Part shown: piece after piece, positions 47,828 to 59,899 of the stretch
How positions within the stretch are numbered: position 1 is the stretch's first letter
How the letters are laid out: each line of letters begins with the position of its first letter
From: Hemiscyllium ocellatum
Lineage: Eukaryota
Length of the DNA: 64,000 bases
Assembly: GCF_020745735.1 (NCBI RefSeq)
Contig: NW_026867534.1
Span: forward strand, 168,982-232,981
Direction: 5' to 3'
Notes under the pieces: generated by a model
Databases searched by the model: none
The model's input: only the letters and a program-made list of their open reading frames with translations
Told to the model about the DNA's origin: nothing
Translations under genes and position numbers: made by a program

Positions 47828-48282
47828 ATTCATTCGAAAGTTAGCTCCCTTTATTTCTACATTCATTCACAAGCAGATAAAACTAAAATCAAAGTTCAAA
47901 CGTATTCCTAGCTAGTAAAACAATTGAGCTTTTATTTCCCAGGACACTGCCAGTCTCTGTCCCACTACAAAATAACATGTAATTCATACTAAACATTTCA
48001 AAATTCAATTTAGGCAACTGAATACAGAGCGTGTCCAAAGTGATTATATTCAGAATATTCAATTAGAAGTTAACTCCCTTTAATTCTACATTCCACCACA
48101 AGCAGATAAAGCTAAAAAGAACTTCAATCATATTATTAACCAACAAAATGAGTGACTTTATTTTTGCTGTCACTCAAAGTCTCTCTCACTTTACAAAATA
48201 ACATCCCATTTCTAATCTGCGTTTCTAAATTCCATTTAGGCAACCTAATATGGAGCAGGTCTAAAGTGATTATGTTCGGAAT
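47828..48282. repeat. ~229-bp tandem duplication upstream of the VH promoter
   Basis: 47828-48056 and 48057-48282 share colinear blocks (CTCCCTTT..TTCTACATT, CACAAGCAGATAAA, TACAAAATAACAT, TTTAGGCAAC, AAAGTGATTAT). Confidence 0.85.
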
Positions 48283-49432
48283 GTGAGTGGATGGACCCGG
48301 AGATTAGAAGCACCTCCTTACATTGCAGAATGTCTCTCCTTGCATCTTTTTTTTCAAATTGCTCCGACCCTAAAATGCATAGTAAAGGAAAGCTGTGTGC
48401 CTGAGAAACAAAAAGTGAGTTGGCAGTGATATATAACGCCTAGGTAAACTTTTGAAAGAGCATCTAATGAACCAGAACAGGACAGTCCATACGTTTTTTT
48501 TTAAAAATCCTCAACATCTAAACCATTGCAGGTAACTGTCTGGGGACATCAGGAGTGTTTGGTTAAATTAGAGAGTATTACAATAATCATTACCACGAAT
48601 GTAGGTTATAAACAGTACATTTCTCTGCTCACTGATAGCTCTGACAGGGGCAGTTAACTCATAAAAATAAGCAAAAATTCACTGTTACACGACACCAGTG
48701 TTCACCATGTATAAAGGGCCCACTCAGTTTTCATGAGATACATGAATCAGAGAATGATGCAACAAGTGATGTGAGTTTGAACCAATTCAAGTTTGTTAAT
48801 TTACTTTGAGATGATAACAAATGTTACTGCAATGTGGGATTTTGGATCCATTAACTTCATATTCAGGAGCTTTAAAGGTACTCAATAAACAGACTGGACT
48901 AACCAGAATGTCACTGCATTCAATGTCCTGTTTCTGATAGTCATACAGTGAATGCTGTATTCTGTGACTTTCCTTTTTAAAGAAGAAATGCCAAGTGAAA
49001 TGTATCCATTGTGAGTAAATGGGAAAATATAGTTTGTTTGGTAGGATTTTACTTTAGTTGATTCATTTTCCCTTTAATCGGCCAGATACAATAGTTGGCA
49101 GCAATTAAGCTGACTGCAGAAAAGGTCCTTGAGTTCCCAGGTTCATTTACTGGAAGCAGGTGGAGTTTCTGCAGTGGATCAAAGATATTTTGTCTCACTG
49201 TTGACCAGTTGGTGGAAAGCAAACTGCAAACCATAACCACTGCCTCTGCAGGAACACATCTACTCAGCAACAATACTGGAGAAAAGTTTATTTTTCAGTT
49301 GTGAAACTTGGAGAACTAGTCACTCCTCTCATTGAAGGAAATATTCGCAGAGTCTCAGACACAACCTAAACATCAACAGTTCATTCGAGGATCACTACAG
49401 CACTGTTTAATATTGAGAAACATTGATAAATA

Positions 49433-50440
49433 GTCATAGAGTCATGGAGTGAGACAGCATGGAAACAGACACTTCAGTCCAACCAGTCCATGCCAGTCAT
49501 AATCCCAAACTAAACTAATCCCACCTGTGTGTACTTGGCCCATATCCTTCCAAACATTTGATATTCATTTACTTATCCAAATGTCTTCTATAGGTTGTAA
49601 GTATCCACCACCAGATCATCCCACACACAAACCATTCTCTGTGTAAAAAGTGGTCTCTGATATCTTTTAAAAAAATTTTCTCCTCTCATTGTAAAAACAT
49701 GTTCCCTATTGTTGAAATCCCCCACCATAGGGGAAATACGCCATGTCTGGGTCAAAAACTGAAAACAATTCCAGCTCCAAACATTTACAAAATATCACTA
49801 TGGATCTTCCTTGAGTCCAAAAAAGATTGTCCCCTTTGATCAATGATTTGTAAAATTTATTTGCGTATGTAATGCGATGGATGTTTTCAAATAACTTCTG
49901 AAATGCAAGTGGCTCACATCAATCGTATTAAAGTGACATTTCGTGTGTGACCCCACACACACAAAAAAAACAAGTTTGTTGACATGAGTTGCTCTGAGGA
50001 AGTCTACGATGAATTCTTTTATCAAACAAAATCATTTCCAGTGTTGTGAGGGCTCGTCTATCTTCTGTGCAATGGTCTGAATTTTAAGTTGTGTCTGACT
50101 GCAGATGAAACCGGCTGCTCTGGGTAAAAGTACAGTTTGTGCCTTTCACATTGTTAATGTATATTGCTGACTTTAGTTGAATAAAGGGATGTTGCCCCAG
50201 GCATCGTCTGGCACCGTTAATTAGACCATTAATTTCCACACCACTAGCCAGAGGGTAAGGTGGAGTTTATTGATATGTGATATTTTTGAAACGAAAGCTT
50301 CGTACATTTCCAGGATGAATCATGTAAATTAGAGCCATTCACCTTTCCACTCATGGCTTTATAAACTTATATGAGGTCACCCCCCGAACTCTCACCCTCC
50401 AGTGAAACAAGTTCCAGTCTATCTGGATTTCCAACGGTAA
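49433..50440 (-). mobile_element. CR1 3' end split by the left arm of the inverted duplication (49433-49739 plus 50337-50440)
   Basis: CR1 sequence breaks at GGGAAATAC and resumes at (GCC)ATTCACC...TTTATAAAC.TATA.GAGGTCACCCC, as it would if contiguous. Confidence 0.75.
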
Positions 50441-52850
50441 CTTTGTTCCCTCACATTCTGCTGTTAAAGATCCTCCTGCCACCCCAGGCCCACAGAGAGT
50501 GTCCCTTGATACTAGTTCAAAGAAATGAAAGGAACTTGTCCCACCATATTGTTCAATTTTATTTGGTTTCAAACACCATAAAAAATAAATGTTCATGTCA
50601 TTGCTGATTTATGGGAGAATTCCGTTTACACAGTATCTGCTGAAATACCTGCAGTACCATCCTGAATCTGGTTCGCAGGTTCACCTGTTGCTCACAAATG
50701 CAACCAGACATCAGGGAACAGTGTGTGGGACAGAGGTAAAGTAGTATTACTTCTGCAATTATAATTACTTATACAAATTAAATGAACTCACACTAGTGTG
50801 TAATTGTTTCAGCCAAGAGCTGAGTCAACAAGAATGGAAACTATGTGGAGGAAATACATAATTGTCTTTGTATTAGCTAAAATTGTATGCAAGAATGAAA
50901 CGTGACTGCAAAACAATGGTAGATATTACAGACGAATAGATAAGATGCTGTGAGGGGAGGGAGTTAAGCTAGATACGCCTGTACAAACAATAGGTATAAA
51001 CATCTGTTTCCCACTTTTACTGAAACACAGGAACAAACCCCAATTAAAAGGGTCATAAGGATCAGTATGGTAGGGGAAGGCACAGATGGAGGGAGTAGAT
51101 AATGGTGAAGAAAGGATATGCCTTTTGGGCGGCACGGTGGCACAGTGGTTAGCACTGCTGTCTCTCAGCGCCTGAGACCCGGGTTCAATTCCCGACTCAG
51201 GCGACTGACTGTGTGGAGTTTGCACGTTCTCCCCGTGTCAGCGTGGGTTTCCTCCGGGTGCTCCGGTTTCCTCCCACAGTCCAAAGATGTGCAGGTCAGG
51301 TGAATTGGCCATGCTAAATTGCCCATAGTGTTAGGTAAGGGGTAAATGTAGGGGTATGGGTGGGTTTCGCTTCGGCAGGTCGGTGTGGACTTGTTGGGCC
51401 GAAGGGCCTGTTTCCACACTGTAAGTCTAATCTAACAATGACCCACAGCGGGATGAGGTCAAACGGCCTTGTGAGGCCAGAAATAAGCATTTTGTCACAG
51501 ATAAGGCTGGATAAGGCAAGAGATAAACAGGAGTAATGGGCGCTGGTCTTAGGGAAGTGGAAGATGTAAACAGGGGAGGAGCAATGAAATAAAAAAATAG
51601 AAACCAAATTACATCAATATCGTGTATGAGTTGAATTCAGTGTGTGGGTCCCTGCCTTGTCGACATGGACATCACACCATCTTGCAAGAGTCAAATAAAG
51701 GGCACCACTGATTCAGATTTTGTCTCGGACTGAAATTATTGAAGTGTGTGAGCTTTGTTTCTCACAAGTGAACATCGTCCACACCCAGCCCTCCCCTCTT
51801 CCCTTCTGTACTTTTCACTTTGTGAAATCCGTGTTGTCAATAATCAGTTAAAAGGAAGATTTTTTAAAACTTTCTTAATTCATGTTGCTGATCTTGGCTG
51901 AGTAAAGGTATGTTGCTGTCAGCATTTCTGGGGAACATGTCTGCATTGTTTTCATGTCAGTTTACAATGATATTAAGTCAAGAATTGTCTAAATGTCCTG
52001 AGAAACAACATTTAGAAATGGGCGTTCTGCCCCTACTTTTTTCCCCATAAGCCAGGATTTACAGCATGGGAGATCATATCTATGTTGATAATGGATTAGA
52101 CCCTATACAATGTTCCCGAATGTTTACTTCAAGTGCTATCACCTGCAGGGTTATGGACAACATGCTATAAAGTGGGTGTTGGCTGGAAGGTTCTGTTTTC
52201 ACGTGATACAGGTGTGATGGGCGAAGTGATCTCTCTCTGTTGTGAAAACTTCATCTTTCCTCAATTCATTTTTCCTACTTTGTCTCGTTCAGAGGCTCTA
52301 ATTCACATGATTCATACTGGAAATATTCCAAGCCTTCAGTTCAATGATATCAATAAACTCCACCTGACCGTCCGGCTAGTGATGTGGAAATTAATGGTCT
52401 AATTAATGGTGCCAGACGATGCCTGGGACAACATCACTTTATTCAACTAAAGTCAGCAATTTACATGAACAATGTGAAAGGCACAAACTGTACTTTTACC
52501 CAAAGCAGCCAGTTACATCTGCATTCAGATACAAAATTCAGATCATTGCACAGAAGATAGACGAGCCCTCACAACATTGGAAATGATTTTGTTTGATAAA
52601 ACAGTCCATCCTAGACTTGCTTAGAACAACTCGTGACAACAAAATTGCTTGATTGTTTTTGTGTGGGGTAACACATGAAATGTTACTGTATTCCGACTGA
52701 TGTGAACCATTTGCACTTCAAGTTATGGGAACAAATTTTAGAAATCATTGATCAAAGGGACATTTTTTTTGGACTCAAGGAAGATCCATAGTGATATTTT
52801 GTAAATGTTTGGAGCTGGGATTGCTTTAAGTTTTTAACTAGGACATTGGC
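49740..52850. repeat. Inverted duplication, arms 49740-50336 and 52294-52850
   Basis: The reverse complement of the right arm aligns along the whole left arm. One block matches at 67/69 nt. Confidence 0.92.
51127..51435 (+). mobile_element. Young HE1-type SINE
   Basis: GGGCGGCACGGTGGCACAGTGG (A box), GGTTCAATTCC (B box), TCTAATCTAA tail. Confidence 0.93.
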
Positions 52851-53379
52851 ATACAGTGGACAACATCACAATTTGCTGTAACATGAAACTCGCAACCACT
52901 GAGAACCATCGCCTGATGGTTCAGAATTTAACAAGGACCTAGCAAGGTTCATGGAATGGACCGACGAGTGATACATGAAAATTAACAAAGGCATTTCTGA
53001 AATGATTAATTTAGCTAGGAAGAATGTAGAGACTTCACATCTCTGTTTGCATTTCAATATACTATAAATTACTTTTCTATTATATCCTAAAATACTCGTG
53101 TCTTTGTTCATATTTAATACACTCTATCTTGTTCCGGGGTTAAGATAGTTTCTTTATTTATTTCACTCAAGACTGGATGCTGTAGTTTTGCCTCAGTATT
53201 GACCAACCTCGGTTTGGTGCCAGCTTATATCACTTGAGCTGCTTTTTCAGGAAGTGAATCTCTCCACCTGTTCAGTCAAAATAATCTGTTCATGCTTCGA
53301 TCGAAATAGATCCTATTAATATCATCCCAAATTCAGACTCGGTTATTTTGTATTTATTCATTGGAATTGAACAGGAATA

Positions 53380-54185
53380 TGACCGGCTGTTCTTGGTGGA
53401 GTGGGAGGGGGAGTTAAAGTGTTCAGCCACGGGGCTGTGGGGTTGGTTGGTACGGGTGTCCCAGAGACGTTCTCTGAAATGATCCGCAAGTTAGTGTCCT
53501 GTCTCCCTGATGCAGAGGAGACCACATCAGGTGGAACAGACACAGTGGATGACATTTGTGGAAGTATAGATAAGTTTCGATGGGATGTGGAAGGATCATT
53601 TGGGGCCTTGTCGGAGGTGAGGGGGGAAGTGTGGGCGCAGGTTTTGTACCTCCTGTGGTGACAGGGGAAGGTGACAGGGGTGGGGAGTGGGCTGGTGGGG
53701 GGCATGGACCTGACGAGGGAGTCGTGGAGGGAATGGTGTCTCCGGAATGCCGATAGGTGTAGGGAGGGAAATATACCCCGAGTGATGGGGTCTGTTTACG
53801 GTGGTGGAAGCAGCAGAGGATGATATGATGTATGCAAGGTTGGTGCGGTGGAAGGTGAGGACCAGGAGGGCTCCCTGTTGCGATTGGAGGGATGGGGTTC
53901 AAGGGCATCATCAACAACGTGGGAGGGGAAATTGCAGTCTTTGATAAAGGATCTGGGATGTTTTATGGTGGAACTGGTCCTCCTGGGAGCAGATGCGGTG
54001 GAGTCAGAGGAATTGAGAATAAAGGATGGCATTTGGTTTGGAGGGAGTGGGAGGATTGAAAGGAAATGTAGTTGAGGTTGAGCATGTACTGCTTGGGTTG
54101 GCGTGTCAGGAAGAAACGGAGGGCTTCGAGGCCTCCATCATGGCGTTTGGATGTGTACAGGGCCTGGACATTCTGTTCATTCTGG
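53380..54185 (-). mobile_element. Penelope-like element fragment (RT pieces plus GIY-YIG endonuclease)
   Basis: VQALYTSKRHDGGLEALRFFL (RT); FIKDCNFPSHVVDDAL (thumb); TFPCHHRRYKTCAH and C.*CGLLCIRETG (Cys motif and GIY-YIG remnant). Confidence 0.85.
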
Positions 54186-55440
54186 GGCTTATCAATAGCT
54201 TGCAGTTATTATGGAACTGCAAGGGCAATGGCTGGGAACTCAGAGAAACCAATGGTTCAGTCTTCTGCTTGAAGCAAATTTTGACCAGAACATTTAAACA
54301 CCACAAAGCTCACTGTAGGAAATGCCAGTGCTGCAACTTTTAATAATATTTGAAACTTGATTAAAAATAGGGATTTTTAGTTATAGTTTCTGAAACAATC
54401 AAGAAAAGAATTAACCGTTAGAACAAGCTCTATCAAAGAGAGAGGATTTGCAAAATTTGAAACCACACAGTGCTGTGGTTTATTTGAATTCAATGTCGGT
54501 CAGAGTTAGATACAGCCAAGGTGATCTCTCCATATATTGATGTTGTTAATCGGACACACCAACAGACCTGTCTGTACTAAACTGTATTATTTGTTTAGTT
54601 GATCAAAATTTAGGAAATAGATCAAACAGAATGTATTCGGCTGGGAAGGTGATGGATACAGAAGATAGAATCAAAAGCTGGGAACATTAAATCTGAAGAG
54701 ACAGTAACAAGTAGTACACGATCAAACACATGAAAAGGTGCATGTCAATGTGTTCCAGACATTAGTGAATCGAATGAGCGTGTTAGATAGTCGAGAGACT
54801 CGTCCAACGACATCCTGGAATCAGACCGTGAAATAGAGATCGAAAGGTCAATTTGCAAATGTCACTTCAATGTGATCACTTCACACTCTGTGTCCTGATA
54901 TAGGCCACATTGGCAGGTGGTTCTGCCAGACTGTATCCCCTGGGTTTATTTTCTGATCAGAAGTGAGATGTGTGGCTTGCTGCTGGCACATAGAAACAGG
55001 AAGTTGCGCGCCAGCTGAGAATGATACATCAGGCGCTACTTTCCGTATTATCAGCACAAACAGTCTTCCTACCTCTGAGGGTGAACACACTGACAGTGTC
55101 AAGAACAAACAGACAGTTTGCTGTTGGTCTCAACATTGTATTCAATTCCATTCCCATTTTCCAGAATGAAACAGAAGAGACACAAGATTATTTCAGCTAG
55201 AGTAAATTATCTGTCAGAGAGATAAGAAAGAGTTATCACCGGGTGAAAGGAGCGAAATGACAATATGTAGTTTCGCTCATAAACCTATGTTTAAAAGTAG
55301 AAAGCTTGAGGGAAGTTAATAAATAAATCTAAGAGGCAGCATTCATTAAAAGTTGGAATTGTAAGGTTTAAGCAATAAAATTCAGCAGGGCTTTGGTGGA
55401 AGTGATATCATCTCGGAAGTGGTTGATTCTGTTTTCCGGA

Positions 55441-55670
55441 GCTGAAAATGTGTTGTTGGTTAAAGCGCAGCAGGTCAGGCAGCATCCAAGGAACAGGAGA
55501 ATCGACGTTTTGGGCATAAGCCCTTCTGAAGGCTGATTCCTGAAGAAGGGCTTATGCCCGAAACGTTGATTCTCCTGCTCCTTTGATGCTGCCTGACCTG
55601 CTGCGCTTTTCCAGCAACACATTTTTAAGCTCTGATCTCCAGCATCTGCGGTCCTCACTTTCTCCTAGTT
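55441..55670. mobile_element. PLE-derived head-to-head insert, best-preserved hammerhead copy
   Basis: Inverted arms around CTGAAGA-A-GGGC-TTAT-GCCC-GAAAC-GTT at 55540-55567. Confidence 0.85.
55535..55572 (+). ncRNA. Candidate minimal type-I hammerhead ribozyme
   Basis: Core CUGAAGA and GAAA intact, 4-bp stem II, GUU triplet, self-complementary AACGUU for dimeric stem III, stem I GAUUC/GAUUC with 4 of 5 pairs. Activity untested. Confidence 0.55.
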
Positions 55671-56790
55671 GATTTAAACATGGACAAAGAACTGAATTCC
55701 AGAAATGAGGGAAGAGTGACAGCTCTTCACATTAAGGTCACATTCGACAGAGTGTGACATTATGGAGTCCTAGCAAAACTGGATTCAATGGGTATCAGGT
55801 GACAACCTCCCTGCTGCCTGCAGTCAGACCTCACACATTGGAAGGTGGCTCTGCTTGTTAGAGGGCAGTCGTCTCAGCCAAAGAAAATCTCTGTTGGAGT
55901 TCCTAAAGAAAGGGTCCTTGGCCCAATCATGTTCAGCTGCTTCAGCAATGCCTTTCCCTCCCTCAGAAGGTCAGAAGTGAAATCTGCATTGATCTAGCAC
56001 TTTTTTTGTGACTGCTCAGTCCACATTCGAACGCAACAAAATCTGGACAATTTCCAGACTTGAGCTGACAAGTGGCCAATAGCATTCACACCACAAACCT
56101 GCGAGACAATGACCATTGACAATAAGAGACAATCTAACCAAAACCCCTTGACATTCAATAGTGTTACCATCACGGAATCCCTCACCATCGACATCCTGGG
56201 TTTTATTGTTCATTAGAAATTGAGCTGGACACTCCATATAAATACAATGGTTGTAAGAGCAGGCCAGAGGCTAGGAATACTGCAGCAAGTAACTCACCCT
56301 CCTGACTTGCAAAGCCAATTAACTGTCTAAGAGACAGAAGTCAGGAGGGTAATAGCACAGCTCGCCTTTTGACTGGACAGGAGCACCTTTAACTGCACGC
56401 AAGAAGCTAGGCATTGTCCAGGGCAAAGCATCCCACTTGATCAGCAGCACATCCACAAGCGTCCATTGCCTCCAAATCTGATGCTTAGTACCTGCCATAT
56501 GCTGAAAAATGCTTTGCTCAAAAAGCGCAGCAGGTCAGGCAGCATCCAAGGAGCAGGAGAATCGATGTTTCGGTCATAAGCCCTTCTTCAGGCAAACCTG
56601 CCATATGCACTGTCTAAAATACTGCACTGCAGTAACTTAGCCACTTCCTTACACAGTACCTTCCCACTCCCACTTGCATCTCGATGGATAAGAACAGCAG
56701 ATACATGGGAACAGCCCCACTGTAAGCTCCTCTCTAAACTACTCGGCATCCTGACATGGAAATATATCATCGATCTTTCACTGTAACTGG
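55670..56790 (+). mobile_element. L2/CR1-clade LINE RT-3' fragment
   Basis: KELNSRNEGRVTALHIKVTFDRV; GVPKERVLGPIMFSCF. Confidence 0.8.
56503..56595 (-). mobile_element. PLE-derived insert with 13-bp TSD inside an L2/CR1-clade LINE
   Basis: TSD ACCTGCCATATGC at 56490-56502 and 56596-56608; minus strand CTGAAGA-A-GGGC-TTAT-GACC-GAAAC-ATC. Confidence 0.8.
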
Positions 56791-57254
56791 GTCAAAATCT
56801 GGAATTCCCTTCCTCAGGTCATTTTGGAAGATGTTATTTCAGAAAGGCAGCTTTCTGCCATCTTCTGAAGGACACCTACCGACAACTAAAAGCAACCACC
56901 GTGTTCCATGAGTCAATAAAACAATCATTGAAGCTAATATGACAGTTTGAGAAAGTGGTTAAGGAGGCATTATGAGTATGTAATAAGCAATCGAAAGGTT
57001 TGGAGTAAAGTTCCAGAATCAATCTCTACCATAGTAGCTGCAATTAATGAAAGAGTATGAAATGAAACTGCTGAAGTAATGAATGATAATCACAGACCTA
57101 CCAAAGTTTTGAAGCATGTTACATGTTTCAGTATTGTCCTTCAGAGGAGGATGTGTGACCTTCCTACCTGGCCTGCCCAACCTGTTCAACAAAAAGGCGA
57201 TGGTTCCTTTCCTGTGCCGAACCTGACTAAGAAACCCATCAGGAGAAAGTGAGG

Positions 57255-57460
57255 ACGGCAGGTGCTGGAGATCTGAGCTGAGAGTGTAGTGCTGGAAAAG
57301 CACAGCAGGTCAGGCAGCATCCAAGGAGCAGGAGAATCAATGTTCCAGCCATAACAACTACATCAGGTATCTTAATGAAGGCCTTATGCCCAAAACGTCG
57401 ATTCTCCTGCTCCTCGGATGCTGCCTGACCTGCTGTACTTTTCCAGCACTACAGTCTCGA
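57255..57460. mobile_element. PLE-derived head-to-head insert, both hammerheads decayed
   Basis: Inverted GTAGTGCTGGAAAAG...GGAGAATC arms around TAATGAAGGCCTTATGCCCAAAACGTCG. Confidence 0.8.
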
Positions 57461-59899
57461 CTGAGAAGCCATTTGGTTGTAATAAAGTTTCTTAAGAAAG
57501 ATCAACCATAATTAGCCGAACAAGACGGCAGGCCTTCAAAAAGGGAGCTGATGGCCACCTTCTTGGGATATGTGACTAACGTTTTCATAATTCAGTGAAG
57601 AATTCAACAAATGCTAATTACGGTGAGTCAGGCTCTTCAGACAGAGTCCGATACAGATTTTAGATTGGTGAGTGGATGCAAAGTCTCCTGTGATGTTGCT
57701 GTGAACAGCAAGAGAGTTCTTGCCAGTATTTCACTCCAATATTTGTTCATGATGTAAAGTGTCAGATTTATTGCATTTCTGTGCTTTCTGTACATTGCCA
57801 ACATTCGGATCACAGTGATGATATCATGAGACCAGTATTCTTGAACTCCAGTTTGATGTTGGATGGCCAGGGTTTGGAATATCATCGTTTGCCCAGGGTG
57901 AAATGTGAATTTAAAGAAATCCTGGAATCAGAAAGGAAGGCAAATGGTGACCATGTAACCCGAGTCAATGGAAAAATACAAAAACAGCTGGTTCACGAAT
58001 GACAAGGCATCTGTCACCTTTACATGGTCTGGCCGACATGAGATTCAGACCCACTGGGAAGTAATTGACTGTGTTCTGAAGTGGCTTTAGCAAGCTATTC
58101 AATGGGCAGTTGGGGATAGGGACTCATTGCTGACCCTTACCATTAAGTAATACATGTAACGAAACCTTGTAACAACTATATCAATTAAATGTAATTGTTG
58201 CGGCAGTTCCTGTATTTCACGTGAATATTCTAAATTTGCAGAATTTTCAGCACTGAATTGTTAACCTAAATAAAAGTTTTAAATTATTTATCTTTCAGAA
58301 ATAAATAAAATCTGTTGCAATTCGGCTTCATAAATTTTTATTCACTTCTGCAAATGGTCAACATTCTTAAAATAAACTTGTTTCGATTTGAAACTTACCA
58401 CCAAATCACTTCATTCACCTGGCTTTGCTGCCATCATCACTTCCTTGAAGCCAATTAAGCATTTATGTAAATAAACACAGAAATAGAATTCTCAGAATAG
58501 ATTACAGAACCACAAAACCCTAATTTATATTTCCCCACAAGCACATCACACGAATTGTGGAAAAATGCAAATAACTCAATGGATTCCAATACTAATTGAT
58601 GTTAGGACTTTTTAATACATAAGTTGTATGATTGTTGAATGACAGAGGTATCAATTGTCATGTTTAGTCAAAAAACTATAATTAAGAGATACATTGGCAC
58701 AGCTAATATTTCTGTGTCTCTTTTTCTCTCTTCCCCTCCTGCCTTCCCCCTTTTTTCTTTATCTCTGATGCCTTGTTTTGCCTCTCCACAATCGGACAAT
58801 GTTTTCCTCAATAACATGAAGCCAACACCTCACCAACATTGCCTCTCAGCCAAATTCATCCATTTCTTTCGAGAGATTTGAGTCAGGACAGCAAGATTTT
58901 CTCAAAAATCTGTCTGAGTATTGAGTGATCTGGAAATGCTTGATAGGAATGAGGCTGCAGGCCTTTACTGTGTTAGTGTTTTCATTGTATCTCAGCACTA
59001 TTATTCTTGTCTGAGGAATGTTTAATGGTTCAGTGTCATGCATATTTAGTCTATAATTAACCTTACACTGCACATCTCATGGAAGGTTTAATATTGTAGA
59101 GGTCGATTTATTCTGTATCGACTCTGGGAGGATTTTTTTTTAGGGAATCCTGGATGCAGCTTCACTCTGTGTCTAAACTAAAATATATTTGACATGATTG
59201 CATTGGACAACACAATATAGAGGGAGATTTACCCAGCACATTACATGAGCTGTACAATCACGGAAAACATTTGATGTAGCTGTGTAAAGGGGCTTGAACT
59301 CCTACCCACTGTCTTTCTGATTTTGAAATGCTTGATACCAGAATAAAAAGGGAACAACACTATGCATCGAAACTTTGTTATACAAGTAGATTATCATCTA
59401 CAGGCACAGACATACACACACACATAAGCAAATCATCTCTGAACAACCCTTGCAGTGTTTAATGATGAATACTGAGAGAGCTTTAATATGCAATGTGTGT
59501 GTATTCCATGCAACACATGCCAACAGTGTGCTTGATATGGTAGTTTAAATGTAGTTTTGATCTATCTTTAACCTTTTCTGTGACAGCCGTGGTTGTGTTT
59601 GACAAATATTCAACAGAACTGGAGGACTATAAATGTAGTCACTGCATTAGAGGCAGAATGCAATGCCATCAAACAGTGAGAAAGATGATGCCTGTCTTTT
59701 TTCATGATGAGGAGGGATTGAAGCAGCTGGGCTTCAAACATGAAATGGAGGGTAATTTCGATGAGACCTATATAATTCTGAAAAGACTAACTTCGAGCAA
59801 AAGTCAATGAGAGGGAACCAGAAGCAGTCTGTTCAGCCAATGGGGTTTGAGCTTCCAAACAATGACATCATAGCTGAGCTGATAATCCTCACCTCCACT

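Noticed and set aside
51127-51200. tRNA gene
   Set aside because: The A and B boxes belong to a SINE head that continues into SINE body and tail. The same applies to the B-box remnant near 26560.
49740-52850. RAG/Transib-like transposon with RSS-like TIRs
   Set aside because: The arm ends have no CAC heptamer or nonamer, and the spacer holds only SINE, CR1 and unique sequence with no transposase.
5018-58572. Other ATGCAAAT octamers (5018, 18424, 58565)
   Set aside because: Two are inside TEs and one is ~11 kb upstream of VH; the number is near chance expectation.
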